A DNA stretch of 27,337 nucleotides, from IMG/VR virus record IMGVR_UViG_3300006110_000031, positions 1-27,337 of that record. One strand, given 5' to 3'. This DNA is from a virus (lineage: Duplodnaviria > Caudoviricetes). A program made the translations under genes and the position numbers. This document shows, in pieces, positions 1-9,267 of the stretch. Position 1 is the first letter of the stretch. Each line of letters begins with the position of its first letter. Below the pieces are notes generated by a model, which was not told the DNA's origin, did no database searches, and saw only the letters and a program-made list of their open reading frames with translations.

Positions 1-516
1 TGTGTAAGCCCATGGCACTTCTGCCCATACATACATATCAACGGCACGAGTCCATGCGCTTGCAGAGGCTACATAGATGCCGTTTTCAGATGCTGTATTT
101 TGATTTTTTACCAATACTCGGTTACCAGCTAATACTGAATAACCATCAATGGTTTGCAGACCTGACAAAGTAATGTTGGTTAAAGTGCCTACTTTACAAG
201 CAGCTTTAGGATTTAAGCCTTGAGCTACAGTATCAACATAAAGTTTATTAGCAATATCAATAGCATTAACAGGACTATTTGCAATAGTGCCTGTAGTGGT
301 AGCAATACTTGTAAAGTAACCAGCAGCAGGAACAGAACCACCAATAATAGAACTATCAATAGTGCTATTAGTAATGGTTAACCCTGATTGAATAGGATTA
401 ATAGTTGCATAAAAAGGCTTACCTTGGCCTATGAAAGTTTGAAAATTTCCATAAACATCAAAGTAAGCCTGAACAGGCAACAAATTCTGAACTACAGAAT
501 TGGCTGGATTAGCCAT
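1..516 (-). CDS. Fibre-like virion protein, N-terminal part (runs off the left edge; not in ORF track)
   Basis: ATG at 516 opens a frame that continues to position 1: MANPANSVVQNLLPVQAYFD...NKLYVD...NITLSGLQTIDGYSVLAGNRVLVKNQNTASENGIYVASASAWTRA. The ITLSGLQTIDG/RVLVKNQ/ENGIY block is typical of phage fibre proteins. Confidence 0.8.
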   Translation of the reverse strand, partial: MANPANSVVQNLLPVQAYFDVYGNFQTFIGQGKPFYATINPIQSGLTITNSTIDSSIIGGSVPAAGYFTSIATTTGTIANSPVNAIDIANKLYVDTVAQGLNPKAACKVGTLTNITLSGLQTIDGYSVLAGNRVLVKNQNTASENGIYVASASAWTRAVDMYVWAEVPWAYT

Positions 517-525
517 GTTTAAGCC

Positions 526-1014
526 TTAATAAGCGAAACAATTAACTAAAACAACATCTCCAGCAGACATATTTGTAGCAGCACCTGTTGTTACAGAATA
601 GCTTGTAAATGTAACTGAAGTAGTTGAGCTTGCTGTTAACTGCAAGAACAATGAATTACCATTAGTTACATCAGCAGCAAAAGCAAGCCAGCCATTTACT
701 GCAGTTGGCAAAGTAATAGAACCATTGGCTGCGCCACCAGTACCAACAACAATCTTAAAGCACATTGTATTGGCTGCTGTAATAGTTGGACTTGTACCCC
801 ATCCTGAACCAAGACTAGGCAAAGTTGCGCTACTAGCAAGCAAATTACCACCCATTTGAAATACAGAAGGGTTAATGGTATCGCCAGTAAGAGGAGGGCT
901 AAAAAATTGACCTCCTGGGCCTACTAAACCTAAACAAACACCAGCAGAATTAAACTGGGCCTGAACAGGCACATTTTGAACTGTTACTGTAGAAGCTACT
1001 TGATTTGAACTCAT
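526..1014 (-). CDS. Putative virion structural protein (head fibre/decoration)
   Basis: 162 aa, S/T/G/A-rich and beta-rich; downstream of the coat gene; N-terminal motif shared with 1..516. Confidence 0.6.
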   Translation of the reverse strand: MSSNQVASTVTVQNVPVQAQFNSAGVCLGLVGPGGQFFSPPLTGDTINPSVFQMGGNLLASSATLPSLGSGWGTSPTITAANTMCFKIVVGTGGAANGSITLPTAVNGWLAFAADVTNGNSLFLQLTASSTTSVTFTSYSVTTGAATNMSAGDVVLVNCFAY

Positions 1015-1346
1015 TATGCAATTCCTTCACCAGGGGTAATTTCAAGGCTAGTAGCTGTTCCTGCAATAAACCAAGCATTTGGTGGGATACCGCTAAATAC
1101 ACCAACTCCATTAGGCTGAATAGTAAGCACATTAGCTATACCAGTAGCTGTAGGAGTTGTTGCAGCAGGAGTTACTGTAGCATCGCCTGGCTCTTGTGGT
1201 GACCAGCCCACTCGAACCAATCCATTGGTTAAATTGATAATCCGATACCCTGAAGGGTACACATTGTTATTCGACTTAACCTGAACAGGAGAAGTGCTTA
1301 CTAGGTAAGTTGGGCCAAAAGGCGCAAAAGCTGAATCATAAGCCAT
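1014..1346 (-). CDS. Putative virion structural protein
   Basis: 110 aa; AAGGAG RBS upstream; stop overlaps the next start; ends ITPGEG; lies in the head gene cluster. Confidence 0.6.
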   Translation of the reverse strand: MAYDSAFAPFGPTYLVSTSPVQVKSNNNVYPSGYRIINLTNGLVRVGWSPQEPGDATVTPAATTPTATGIANVLTIQPNGVGVFSGIPPNAWFIAGTATSLEITPGEGIA

Positions 1347-1357
1347 GTTTTAACTCC

Positions 1358-1681
1358 TTAAACTACACTAGCTGGGATAGGACTATCTTCGCAAGTAGAA
1401 ATTTTAAGCAATAAATTACCAGCAGTTTGAGTTGCTGAAGAACCAGTAGAGTTTACCAATCGAACAACAACTTGATTTGCTGTATTGGTATAAGCATTTC
1501 CAATAGAAATACCAGTTACCAAAGCAGCATCAAAAGCAGCTTGAACAAAATCATTAGGCTGAACACCAGGAACAGTTAAAGTTACATCTGTTGTTGTGCC
1601 TGAAATAGTTGTTGATGGGAGTGTTACTTGGACAATGGATTGGGCAATGATATTGCCACGACAAACAGTAGTCTTAGACAT
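1358..1681 (-). CDS. Putative capsid decoration/structural protein
   Basis: 107 aa, T/V/S-rich beta-sandwich-like; AAGGA RBS; downstream of the coat gene. Confidence 0.55.
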   Translation of the reverse strand: MSKTTVCRGNIIAQSIVQVTLPSTTISGTTTDVTLTVPGVQPNDFVQAAFDAALVTGISIGNAYTNTANQVVVRLVNSTGSSATQTAGNLLLKISTCEDSPIPASVV

Positions 1682-1722
1682 AATTTTTCCTTTAAATAAG
1701 GTAATTCAATTATAGGTTATTC

Positions 1723-1763
1723 AAGAAAAAAAGCCACACTTTTTGGGCATGGCTTTTTTCTTT
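1723..1763. terminator. Intrinsic terminator, potentially bidirectional
   Basis: AAGAAAAAAAGCCA...TGGCTTTTTTCTT inverted repeat with A/T tracts on both sides, in the 1682-1777 intergenic gap. Confidence 0.7.
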
Positions 1764-1777
1764 TACTTCATGGATTC

Positions 1778-2221
1778 TTAATAGAAACCTGGGCTTAAAT
1801 CATATCCATAAATATACACATCAACAGTCGCAGTAGCGAATGCCGTAGAGATATTTACATATACAGTTTGTGCTGATTGTGCTGTATTAGGATTTGAAGC
1901 TGCTGAAATAGTTACATAAGATGGAGTAGTTTGACCTGTCAAAGCTGCTGCTGTCAAAATACTTGTTGTGCCACCTTTATTAACTGCTGTGTAAACACCT
2001 AAATTAACAGAAGCTACAGATTGTGTTGCGCCAGCATTGTTAGCATTAGCTACCACTACTGAAACAGGAACATAAAGTGCGCTGTTGTTAATTTGAACAG
2101 CAAAGTCTGCTGCTGCTGCGGTTGAAACACCTTTCAACACACCTAAAACTCGCAAAGCCTGTTGGCTATTTAGGTTCGATGGGTGGGTCGAATTTTGGAC
2201 TGCTGGGCCTGGATTTGCCAT
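1778..2221 (-). CDS. Putative capsid decoration protein
   Basis: 147 aa, A/V/T/N-rich, ending DVYIYGYD; immediately after the coat gene; AAGGA RBS. Confidence 0.6.
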   Translation of the reverse strand: MANPGPAVQNSTHPSNLNSQQALRVLGVLKGVSTAAAADFAVQINNSALYVPVSVVVANANNAGATQSVASVNLGVYTAVNKGGTTSILTAAALTGQTTPSYVTISAASNPNTAQSAQTVYVNISTAFATATVDVYIYGYDLSPGFY

Positions 2222-2244
2222 GATTTTATTCCTTAAATTTAGTT

Positions 2245-2269
2245 AAAAGGGAAGGGCTTTCGCCCCTCC
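2245..2269 (-). terminator. Intrinsic terminator after the coat gene
   Basis: Minus strand GGAGGGGC-GAAA-GCCCTTCC hairpin (GNRA loop) followed by CTTTT. Confidence 0.7.
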
Positions 2270-2274
2270 GTTTA

Positions 2275-3549
2275 TTAAGCTGCTACTCGGCAAGCCAACT
2301 CTGGGTAGAGTGGGGCCCAACCATACAGAACATCAACACGAGTCGGAATCGAATCATTGTTAATAGTGTATTGGCGCACGACTCGCATGGACAGACCAAT
2401 TTCTTTGTCTGATGCACGACCAGCAAAATGAACACCTTCAGGCAACTCTAAGTCAGCCATAGCCATTGTGAATGCATTGCGGTGCATTACGATGTTTTGT
2501 GGAGAAACAATACCATTTCCACTTGCATTGTATTGTGATGCAAAGAATGTCACAGCAGCAGTTGCTGATGGGCTAGGGATGCTCACATTCTGGAACTGAC
2601 CACCGCTAATAACAGCAGGAGAAACAGTTACAGAAACAGAAGAACCAGAAGCCACAGAAACAGCAGACTTAACTACAAATGAACGAAGTTTGTTTGTGCC
2701 ATAAGCTTGACGATTTTGTGGGTTAACTGCATACACACCAGCGATTTGGAATGTATCACCAGCATTCAAGTTGATTGTGCCAGTATTAGCAGCAGTCAAA
2801 GTGATTGTGGATTGTGAAGCCCAACCAGAAGTCAAGAAACCAGTTGCAGTTGTAGTTGCAACAGAAGCAGTAACAGTAGAGCTAGAGAAGTTACCAAAAG
2901 TTTGTGACACGATGTTTTGGTCAAGTTTCCAGTTCATACCGCCAGAATCGCGACCCATCAAGCCCTTTTCATACTGCATACCAATCTTGTCATTAGGAAC
3001 AAACAAGCCTTTCAAGCTATCAACAATAGTTGCAGATGTAAATGGCTCAACGATACAGCTTCTACGACCATCACGAGGTGCGCCTTCAGAATCAAGGTAA
3101 GCCTGTGCTGACAAGTATGTATACAAGCCAGTTGGAGGAGTACCAGCAGTACCAACGATGTTTGCTGTGTTCAATGCTGCTGTAGTAGTACCATCAAAGT
3201 CGATTTTGTTGGCAATAGCTGCAACGGCTGGCTTAAGGATGCGGTCAGAGAACATATCCAAAGACAAAGCTAAGTCCTGGGTGGTAAATTGAGTATCCAC
3301 ATGGAACTGAGTGCTTAAAGTTACAGGTACAGAAGTTTCATTCAAATCTTCCACATTCAATGCAGGGCCAGTAGTACCGATGAAACGGCCTGGTCTGCGG
3401 ACATTGACTGTTGCGCCAATTTTTGCGCCAACTACAGCGAACTGGTCATCATAGTTGCGGTCAACTTCAGAAGTGAAAGTTAATTCATTTTCGAGAACCA
3501 TTAAGGCCTCATTAGTAATCTTGCTAATCGTCAATAAAGTATTTGACAT
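2275..3549 (-). CDS. Major capsid protein, P22 coat (gp5) family
   Basis: 424 aa; N-terminal MSNTLLTISKITNEALMVLENEL..VDRNYDDQF..KIGATVNVRRP; C-terminal RVDVLYGW..LYPELACR; follows portal and scaffold. Confidence 0.92.
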   Translation of the reverse strand: MSNTLLTISKITNEALMVLENELTFTSEVDRNYDDQFAVVGAKIGATVNVRRPGRFIGTTGPALNVEDLNETSVPVTLSTQFHVDTQFTTQDLALSLDMFSDRILKPAVAAIANKIDFDGTTTAALNTANIVGTAGTPPTGLYTYLSAQAYLDSEGAPRDGRRSCIVEPFTSATIVDSLKGLFVPNDKIGMQYEKGLMGRDSGGMNWKLDQNIVSQTFGNFSSSTVTASVATTTATGFLTSGWASQSTITLTAANTGTINLNAGDTFQIAGVYAVNPQNRQAYGTNKLRSFVVKSAVSVASGSSVSVTVSPAVISGGQFQNVSIPSPSATAAVTFFASQYNASGNGIVSPQNIVMHRNAFTMAMADLELPEGVHFAGRASDKEIGLSMRVVRQYTINNDSIPTRVDVLYGWAPLYPELACRVAA

Positions 3550-3573
3550 TTTAAATCTCCAAAAAAATTAGGT

Positions 3574-4491
3574 TTATCTAACCTTGCCAGATTGCCTTGC
3601 AGCTTTCCATTGTGCATAAGTCCCATGAAATTCACCATTGGTGTCCACAAGAATATCTGCTCCAACTTTGCCACCACTAAGCGGTCTGATAGGGTCAGGT
3701 GCTTTACTTCCTGAAACAATCGCCTTTACTTTTTCAGCTTTTGGCTTTTCTGCCTTAGCTTCAAACTTAGCCTCAAGTTTGCCAATTTCTTTCAGAGCTT
3801 TAACAGAATCCATTTCTGTTAATTTGCGAGCATAATCTTCATCAGAAGCAAGTGCATATAAGACTTGAGGCCCTACATCACTTTCAAGAATTGCTTTTTT
3901 GATTTCATCGCTAACCACTACATCACTTGATTGAACAATTCGGTCAAAATCAGGCATTTCTTCTTTTGCTTTTTCAAGCTTCTTATTCCAAGATTCTATT
4001 TTCTTGGCTTCAGCTTCTTGAGCTTTGCGACTAGCTTCTTCTGCATCCCTTCGCAATAAAGCATTTTCTGCACTCCATTCCGCTAATGCCTCTGCATATT
4101 CATAAGCATCATTAAACTGGTCTGCTCTAGGTTTACCTTCAACTACAGGTTTTTGTTCCTGTTGCTCAGGGTTTACCCTTGCTTCATAACTCCTTAGCTT
4201 TTCTCTAAGCTCTTGAGCTTCAGCTTCCGCTTGTTTAGCTCTTTGAGTTACCTTATCGAATCGCTTATTTAGCTTATCTTTAGACTTTTCAGGGTCTTGT
4301 TTCTTAGCTTCTTCCTTTGCTTCTGGTTCACTCTGTTCCTGTTCCTGTTCTGGCTCTGAATCTTTCTTTACAGATTCAGCCTCAGCTTGAGGTTCTTGGT
4401 CAGCTAAACCTAATCTTTCTGCATAAAAGGTTGTTGCATTGTCACTTGTTATTACATTTGATGCTTCTCTTACAACTTCTGATTCGGCCAT
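3574..4491 (-). CDS. Capsid scaffolding protein
   Basis: 305 aa, E/K/A-rich coiled coil with acidic N-terminus; KAPDPI motif and basic C-terminus; between portal and coat. Confidence 0.85.
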   Translation of the reverse strand: MAESEVVREASNVITSDNATTFYAERLGLADQEPQAEAESVKKDSEPEQEQEQSEPEAKEEAKKQDPEKSKDKLNKRFDKVTQRAKQAEAEAQELREKLRSYEARVNPEQQEQKPVVEGKPRADQFNDAYEYAEALAEWSAENALLRRDAEEASRKAQEAEAKKIESWNKKLEKAKEEMPDFDRIVQSSDVVVSDEIKKAILESDVGPQVLYALASDEDYARKLTEMDSVKALKEIGKLEAKFEAKAEKPKAEKVKAIVSGSKAPDPIRPLSGGKVGADILVDTNGEFHGTYAQWKAARQSGKVR

Positions 4492-4517
4492 GATTTCTCA
4501 AGCTCCAATTTAAGTTA

Positions 4518-4546
4518 AAAATACTACTAAAAATAATTCTTGTCTA
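4518..4546 (-). promoter_or_regulatory. Candidate sigma70-type promoter for scaffold/coat
   Basis: Minus strand TAGACA-17 bp-TATTTT upstream of the GGAG RBS of the scaffold gene. Confidence 0.4.
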
Positions 4547-4547
4547 T

Positions 4548-4739
4548 TTATTCCGCTTTAGATGCTTTTTTAGTTTCTTTAGCAGCAGACTTTAATAAAG
4601 ATTTTTGTTCTTTCAAAGCCTTTTTATCTAATCCTGCGAATGGATTGACAGGCTGGGCTGGCTCATATTTCTTGCCAGCTCTGCGAGCCATTTCTTTCAT
4701 TTTCCACTCTAATGCATTATCACCTGTAATTGTTGGCAT
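4548..4739 (-). CDS. Small Lys-rich hypothetical protein
   Basis: 63 aa, 13 Lys; GGAGG RBS; between portal and scaffold. Confidence 0.7.
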   Translation of the reverse strand: MPTITGDNALEWKMKEMARRAGKKYEPAQPVNPFAGLDKKALKEQKSLLKSAAKETKKASKAE

Positions 4740-4753
4740 ATTTCCTCCGATTG

Positions 4754-6859
4754 TTAAATGCCTCTTTCGATTGTTTCATCTAATGCTGCTCTTTCACTTC
4801 TTAAATCTAATTGGGCCATGACTAAAGCCAGTTGTGCCTTTAATTGCTCCACTTCTAGCTGAGTTTGAGTCTTAATAACTGTGTCATGGGCCTGAGTATC
4901 GGTTCGCATTCTAGTATCTTCTCTGCGAACTTCCATCTCCATTTGAGTTTTTTGCAGCATAGCTTTGTCTTTTTGCTCTGCAACAGAAGCCCCATATTTC
5001 ATATCCAAGGTCATCTGCTGAATCTGTTGTTGCAACTGTTGGATAACAGATTGAGATTGTTTGAGCTGCATCTGAGCTTGTGGTGGAATATCGGCTTTTT
5101 CATCAATCTGAGCCAATGGATTAGCAGCAGCCAAGCGGTCAGCAATAATGTCAGCACCAGGGAAGTCCATATTTCTAAAGACCAAGTCACCTGCTGTTTG
5201 CATCAAATTAGGGTCAGCAGTCAATAGAGTCATCATAGAATCTACCGCTTCTTGTCGCTTAGAAGCATAGCCAGGGCCAGTTTCCATCACAATGTCATAT
5301 TCACCAGTAGTTACATCATTCAAAACTCGGTCTACACCTTGTTCATCTTGAGTCTTTTGGTTAATGCCCACTAACTCGCCTTTACCATCTGCTCCAATGA
5401 TTCGCATTACTCTTTCTTCAGAATAAATATGAGGAATTAAATCCAAGCAGATTCGACCAGACTGCCTAATTGACCTTGTAAGGTTGTCATAGTAGTGGAA
5501 ATTGGTCATGTCAGTTTGTTGCTGTTGACCATTTAGAGCTTTTCCAGACTGCATACCTTGTGGCAACTGAGCAGGGTCATAAATACCGACAACTGCCATC
5601 AAGTCTGAATTTAAACCTTGGAGAGCTGTAACCATTCCAGTAGGAGGTGGCTCTGGCTGAATCCTTGTAGGAACTGGAGCTGGAGCACCTTCAGAGTCTT
5701 TTTGCTTATAGCGCAATACAGGCATAGACTTAATATTGGCCTGATTCCACTCCATTTCATGACCTTCATCCTGACCTTCTGCAAGGAGGAATTTAGCCTT
5801 TGGAGCAAGGGCAACGGACTCGGTAAGAGCAGTTGACCAGAAGTTATACATTCTTTGTGGGTCTTTAGCCATGCGAGTAAGACCAAACTTCTTCTTCTTA
5901 CTGTCCACAATGAGTTGTTGACCATATACAGGCACAACAGGAATATAGCGACCAGGCCAATCTTTTTGGTCAAGGATTTGCATTCCTGTTAACTTGCACC
6001 ACTTAATCTGTTTTTTAATGGTTTCTCGCTTAGAAACTACATAAACCCCTGCATCTTGCATCATGATTTCGGATGGCTTTTCATCCTCAAAACAAGTTGT
6101 GCCATCAGATAATAGGTAAAGCTTGGTGCGAATATGCTCGGTATAAAAGTATTCAGCAATGCGAATATCTTTTTTGGTAATCCATTCTGATTGTGAATCG
6201 CCTGTGCCACGAGGGTTAAAACCACCGCCATCATCTGCACCAGGGTACATTTTGCGGAATGATTCTTTGCTGATAACCTCGGTAATTAAGCACTTTTCTG
6301 CATCTGAACCATCAGGCTCATTGGAATTAGGGTCAAAATAGACCATGAAAGGGTTCTCAATGCGCTTTACATAGATTTCCTGTTCCATTGAATTAGGTCT
6401 TGGAAAATCATGAACAATGCGCCAGTAACCCCAGCCCATCCGAACTGCAAAGTCAAAAGCATTGTCATAAGCTGCATCAGCATCTGATTGGTTTTCAATA
6501 TGGCGCAATATTCCAGTAATAACTTCGGCTACCTTTTCATCGGATTCGGTATTCATGCCATGAGCTACCATCCGAGGTCTTTGTTGTCTTTGCTGATTGG
6601 CTATTTGTCGGCAATAGGCATCAATCTTGTTGATGGTCAAATATGGTCTAGATTCAAGCAGTCGGCTATTTTGAATCTCTACAGGCCATTGGTCACCACC
6701 AGCGAATTTAAGGTCATCTAAGGCCTCAACTCGATTATTAGAGTCATTTTCAGAACAGAAGCGCAGGAACTGTTTAGCTTCCTCGATTACTCCTGATTCA
6801 TAGTCATCGCCATATTCGGTGGAATAGACACCACCATTGCTTTCTACATTCATTACCAT
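4754..6859 (-). CDS. Portal protein, P22-like
   Basis: 701 aa; DDLKFAGGDQW..RPYLTINKI; DPQRMYNFWS; GEYDIVMETGPGYASKRQEA; Gln-rich C-terminal helical barrel. Confidence 0.93.
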   Translation of the reverse strand: MVMNVESNGGVYSTEYGDDYESGVIEEAKQFLRFCSENDSNNRVEALDDLKFAGGDQWPVEIQNSRLLESRPYLTINKIDAYCRQIANQQRQQRPRMVAHGMNTESDEKVAEVITGILRHIENQSDADAAYDNAFDFAVRMGWGYWRIVHDFPRPNSMEQEIYVKRIENPFMVYFDPNSNEPDGSDAEKCLITEVISKESFRKMYPGADDGGGFNPRGTGDSQSEWITKKDIRIAEYFYTEHIRTKLYLLSDGTTCFEDEKPSEIMMQDAGVYVVSKRETIKKQIKWCKLTGMQILDQKDWPGRYIPVVPVYGQQLIVDSKKKKFGLTRMAKDPQRMYNFWSTALTESVALAPKAKFLLAEGQDEGHEMEWNQANIKSMPVLRYKQKDSEGAPAPVPTRIQPEPPPTGMVTALQGLNSDLMAVVGIYDPAQLPQGMQSGKALNGQQQQTDMTNFHYYDNLTRSIRQSGRICLDLIPHIYSEERVMRIIGADGKGELVGINQKTQDEQGVDRVLNDVTTGEYDIVMETGPGYASKRQEAVDSMMTLLTADPNLMQTAGDLVFRNMDFPGADIIADRLAAANPLAQIDEKADIPPQAQMQLKQSQSVIQQLQQQIQQMTLDMKYGASVAEQKDKAMLQKTQMEMEVRREDTRMRTDTQAHDTVIKTQTQLEVEQLKAQLALVMAQLDLRSERAALDETIERGI

Positions 6860-6871
6860 AATGTTTTCCTA

Positions 6872-8158
6872 TTAGCTCATCCAGCTTGTAACATCATAAT
6901 TCATGGGCTTTCTTTTGACTACTTTCTTTTCTTGAATCATAAGCCCTATGTATCTGAAAGCATCTGCTCCATGCGAATACTGGTCATGGACAGGCTTTTG
7001 ACTAAATGCTTTAGTGTCTGGGTCTACATCATATCTGTAGTGTCTTAAACAATCTAGCCCTGCAGAGGTATTATTCTTGTCAAAATAGCATGAATTAAAT
7101 ATGGTTCTAGCAGCATTGATGGAGTCAACAATAGGCACTCTTTCAATGATTCTGACATTAAATCCTGCAGCTCTGACTATTTCTTCAATACTTCTGCCAT
7201 TACTAGCGATTGTTTTGTTTCTAGCATCATGGGGCAGATATAAGGTGTCATAGACATAACCAAAGGTCTGCATCTTTCCAAGAATCTCACTCATAGTTGT
7301 CTGAGTGGTTTCATAGTATCGAATAAGCCTGGTTTCCATGCCTATGAACTGAACAAACCATATAGCAGTAGCATCGGCCCATCCAATATCAAATACTGCC
7401 ATTACAGGCTTTATAGGGTCATAAGGGACATTGCATATTCTGTTGTCTGCTTCTGCCCTTTGCATCTCTTTAGCAAAGACTGCTCCATCAATGGTAGACC
7501 GAGTAAAGCCTTCCCAGACATTCTGATAAGCCTCAAAGTCCCTATTCATTAGGGATTGCCTCTCTAGGTCTAGGACAGCAGGAAACCAAGGGTTGTCATT
7601 CCAGTTAACTTTTTGCACTACAGCATTATCAGGAGGATTCAAAATGAACCGCTTATAGGTTTCATCGGTAGGCAACTCAGGGTTAAAAGTAACCCAAATC
7701 TCGGAGTTTTCCTTACGGATGGTAGGAATCAGAATATCCCAGCTTAATTTTGAGATGTTATTAGCTTCCTCACACCAACAGTAATCTATGCCCTCGATAG
7801 ACTTTAGGCCATTGATATTGTTCTTAATGCCAGCAAAGATAAACTCTGTGCCATTCTTGCCCCTAATAGTGCTTTGAGTCACCTCATAATGGGCTTCTAG
7901 CTTTAGGTCATAGATTTGGTCTACAAGGAGCTTATGAACAGAATCCTTGATTGAGGTCTGGAACTCACGAGCACATAAGACTCGAATAGTCTTGAGAACT
8001 CCCTTGCATAGCAACATTCGGGCTACAGAGTGCGATTTTCCACCCCCTCTACCGCCATGTAATATTCTGTACCGACTATGTTCTGGTTCAACTAAGCATT
8101 TAAGCTTTTTAGGGAATTGAGGCCAAATAAAGCCTGATGTATCAATCTGGCTTGACAT
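6872..8158 (-). CDS. terL: Terminase large subunit (PBSX-type)
   Basis: Walker A GGRGGGKS, CAREFQ.SIKDS, Walker B WCEEA, TFNP, nuclease DIG..D and SHGADAFRY. Start taken at MSSQID (8158); track start is 8182. Confidence 0.93.
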   Translation of the reverse strand: MSSQIDTSGFIWPQFPKKLKCLVEPEHSRYRILHGGRGGGKSHSVARMLLCKGVLKTIRVLCAREFQTSIKDSVHKLLVDQIYDLKLEAHYEVTQSTIRGKNGTEFIFAGIKNNINGLKSIEGIDYCWCEEANNISKLSWDILIPTIRKENSEIWVTFNPELPTDETYKRFILNPPDNAVVQKVNWNDNPWFPAVLDLERQSLMNRDFEAYQNVWEGFTRSTIDGAVFAKEMQRAEADNRICNVPYDPIKPVMAVFDIGWADATAIWFVQFIGMETRLIRYYETTQTTMSEILGKMQTFGYVYDTLYLPHDARNKTIASNGRSIEEIVRAAGFNVRIIERVPIVDSINAARTIFNSCYFDKNNTSAGLDCLRHYRYDVDPDTKAFSQKPVHDQYSHGADAFRYIGLMIQEKKVVKRKPMNYDVTSWMS

Positions 8159-8465
8159 TGCCATCCACGAACATGAAGCCAATGCCCTTTACAAACTCTG
8201 CTCCATCAGGGCCACTAATCTCTGTAGCTTGGACAGCTTTGCCATCCATTCTGTCAATTACTTCTTTCACAGCCCAAGGTTCTCCCTCTACTGCTGCATC
8301 TACAAGCTTCTCTGTAACCTGTCTTAGCTTTAAAGCATCATTTTGAACAAGAACTTTTCTCAACTGGTCAGAAAAGAGTTTCCCTTTCCTCGCATTCTGA
8401 TTGCCCTTTAAGCTCTCAGCAATCTTCTCATTCTTAGAAATAGTTGTTTCGGTTTCCATGTCCAT
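8142..8465 (-). CDS. terS: Terminase small subunit
   Basis: KGNQNA N-terminal motif; AVKEVIDRMDGKAVQ..EISGPDG; overlaps the terL start. Confidence 0.75.
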   Translation of the reverse strand: MDMETETTISKNEKIAESLKGNQNARKGKLFSDQLRKVLVQNDALKLRQVTEKLVDAAVEGEPWAVKEVIDRMDGKAVQATEISGPDGAEFVKGIGFMFVDGNVKPD

Positions 8466-8513
8466 GATTTAATTAGCTTTAGGTTAATGATTGTTAACTT
8501 TAAGTTAATGGTA

Positions 8514-8714
8514 CTACTCATTGTCCATACTGTCACTATTAGCCTCTGCTTCATTTACATCAGCTTGGAAAGTAGGACTATTAATGAGGTTTGTATATTG
8601 GTCTTGAAGCTCTTGTGGAACTCCTGGTTGTAATACTAAAGCATTCATATCTGCCTGAATTTCTTCAGTAGATTGAGGTACTGGATAAGGAAGGTAAATA
8701 TTAGGAGTTGTCAT
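8514..8714 (-). CDS. Acidic hypothetical protein
   Basis: 66 aa; translationally coupled (TAATG) to the upstream ORF. Confidence 0.65.
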   Translation of the reverse strand: MTTPNIYLPYPVPQSTEEIQADMNALVLQPGVPQELQDQYTNLINSPTFQADVNEAEANSDSMDNE

Positions 8715-8923
8715 TATTCTGGCTCTACTGTAGTTTCTGCTGGTACTTCTGGAGTTGGCTCTACAGGAGTCATTTGCTTTGCTACTTCAGCATTGGCTTT
8801 TAGGATAATCTCATCATGAAGCTTTTGCACCAATTCCATTGGGAGCTTTCTCAATCCAGCAAGAATTAGCTCTAATTCTGCGGTTGTATGCTCAAAAGTG
8901 ATTTTTAGGTCTTTGATATTCAT
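8714..8923 (-). CDS. Hypothetical protein
   Basis: 69 aa; ATGA overlap; ELELILAGLRKLPMELV helical motif. Confidence 0.7.
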   Translation of the reverse strand: MNIKDLKITFEHTTAELELILAGLRKLPMELVQKLHDEIILKANAEVAKQMTPVEPTPEVPAETTVEPE

Positions 8924-9063
8924 TTTTTACCTTTTTTTGCAGCTTCTTTCTTAACGGCATAAGCAATAGCTACTGCCTGCTTTACTGGTTTTTTGCCTTC
9001 TTTGACTTCTTTGGCAATATTCTCTTTAAAAGCCTTTTGGCTGGTTGATTTCTTTAGTGGCAT
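8920..9063 (-). CDS. Small basic protein MPLKK..., in-frame internal start (47 aa)
   Basis: AGGAG lies 8 nt before the ATG at 9063; MPLKKSTSQKAFKENIAKEVKEGKKPVKQAVAIAYA resembles a widespread standalone small phage protein. Confidence 0.65.
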   Translation of the reverse strand: MPLKKSTSQKAFKENIAKEVKEGKKPVKQAVAIAYAVKKEAAKKGKK

Positions 9064-9267
9064 GGTTTTGCTCCTAGTGGTTGCTTTCTTTAAGGCTGGT
9101 TTAGGTTTTGGTGCTTGCTTGTTTAATGCTTTAGCCACATCCTCAGTATTGAAGTTTTTAGGCCACATTTTTGCTATTTGCCTGGCTCTATAGTTGTAAT
9201 AGGCCCATGCGATTACAAAGATTGCAAAGGCTGTAAAGACTAATGACATGACTAACTCATCCGACAT
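8920..9267 (-). CDS. Membrane-anchored Lys-rich protein (long form)
   Basis: Likely start MSDELV at 9267 with GAGG RBS; TM segment LVMSLVFTAFAIFVIAWAYY; continues in frame into the MPLKK peptide. Confidence 0.55.
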   Translation of the reverse strand: MSDELVMSLVFTAFAIFVIAWAYYNYRARQIAKMWPKNFNTEDVAKALNKQAPKPKPALKKATTRSKTMPLKKSTSQKAFKENIAKEVKEGKKPVKQAVAIAYAVKKEAAKKGKK

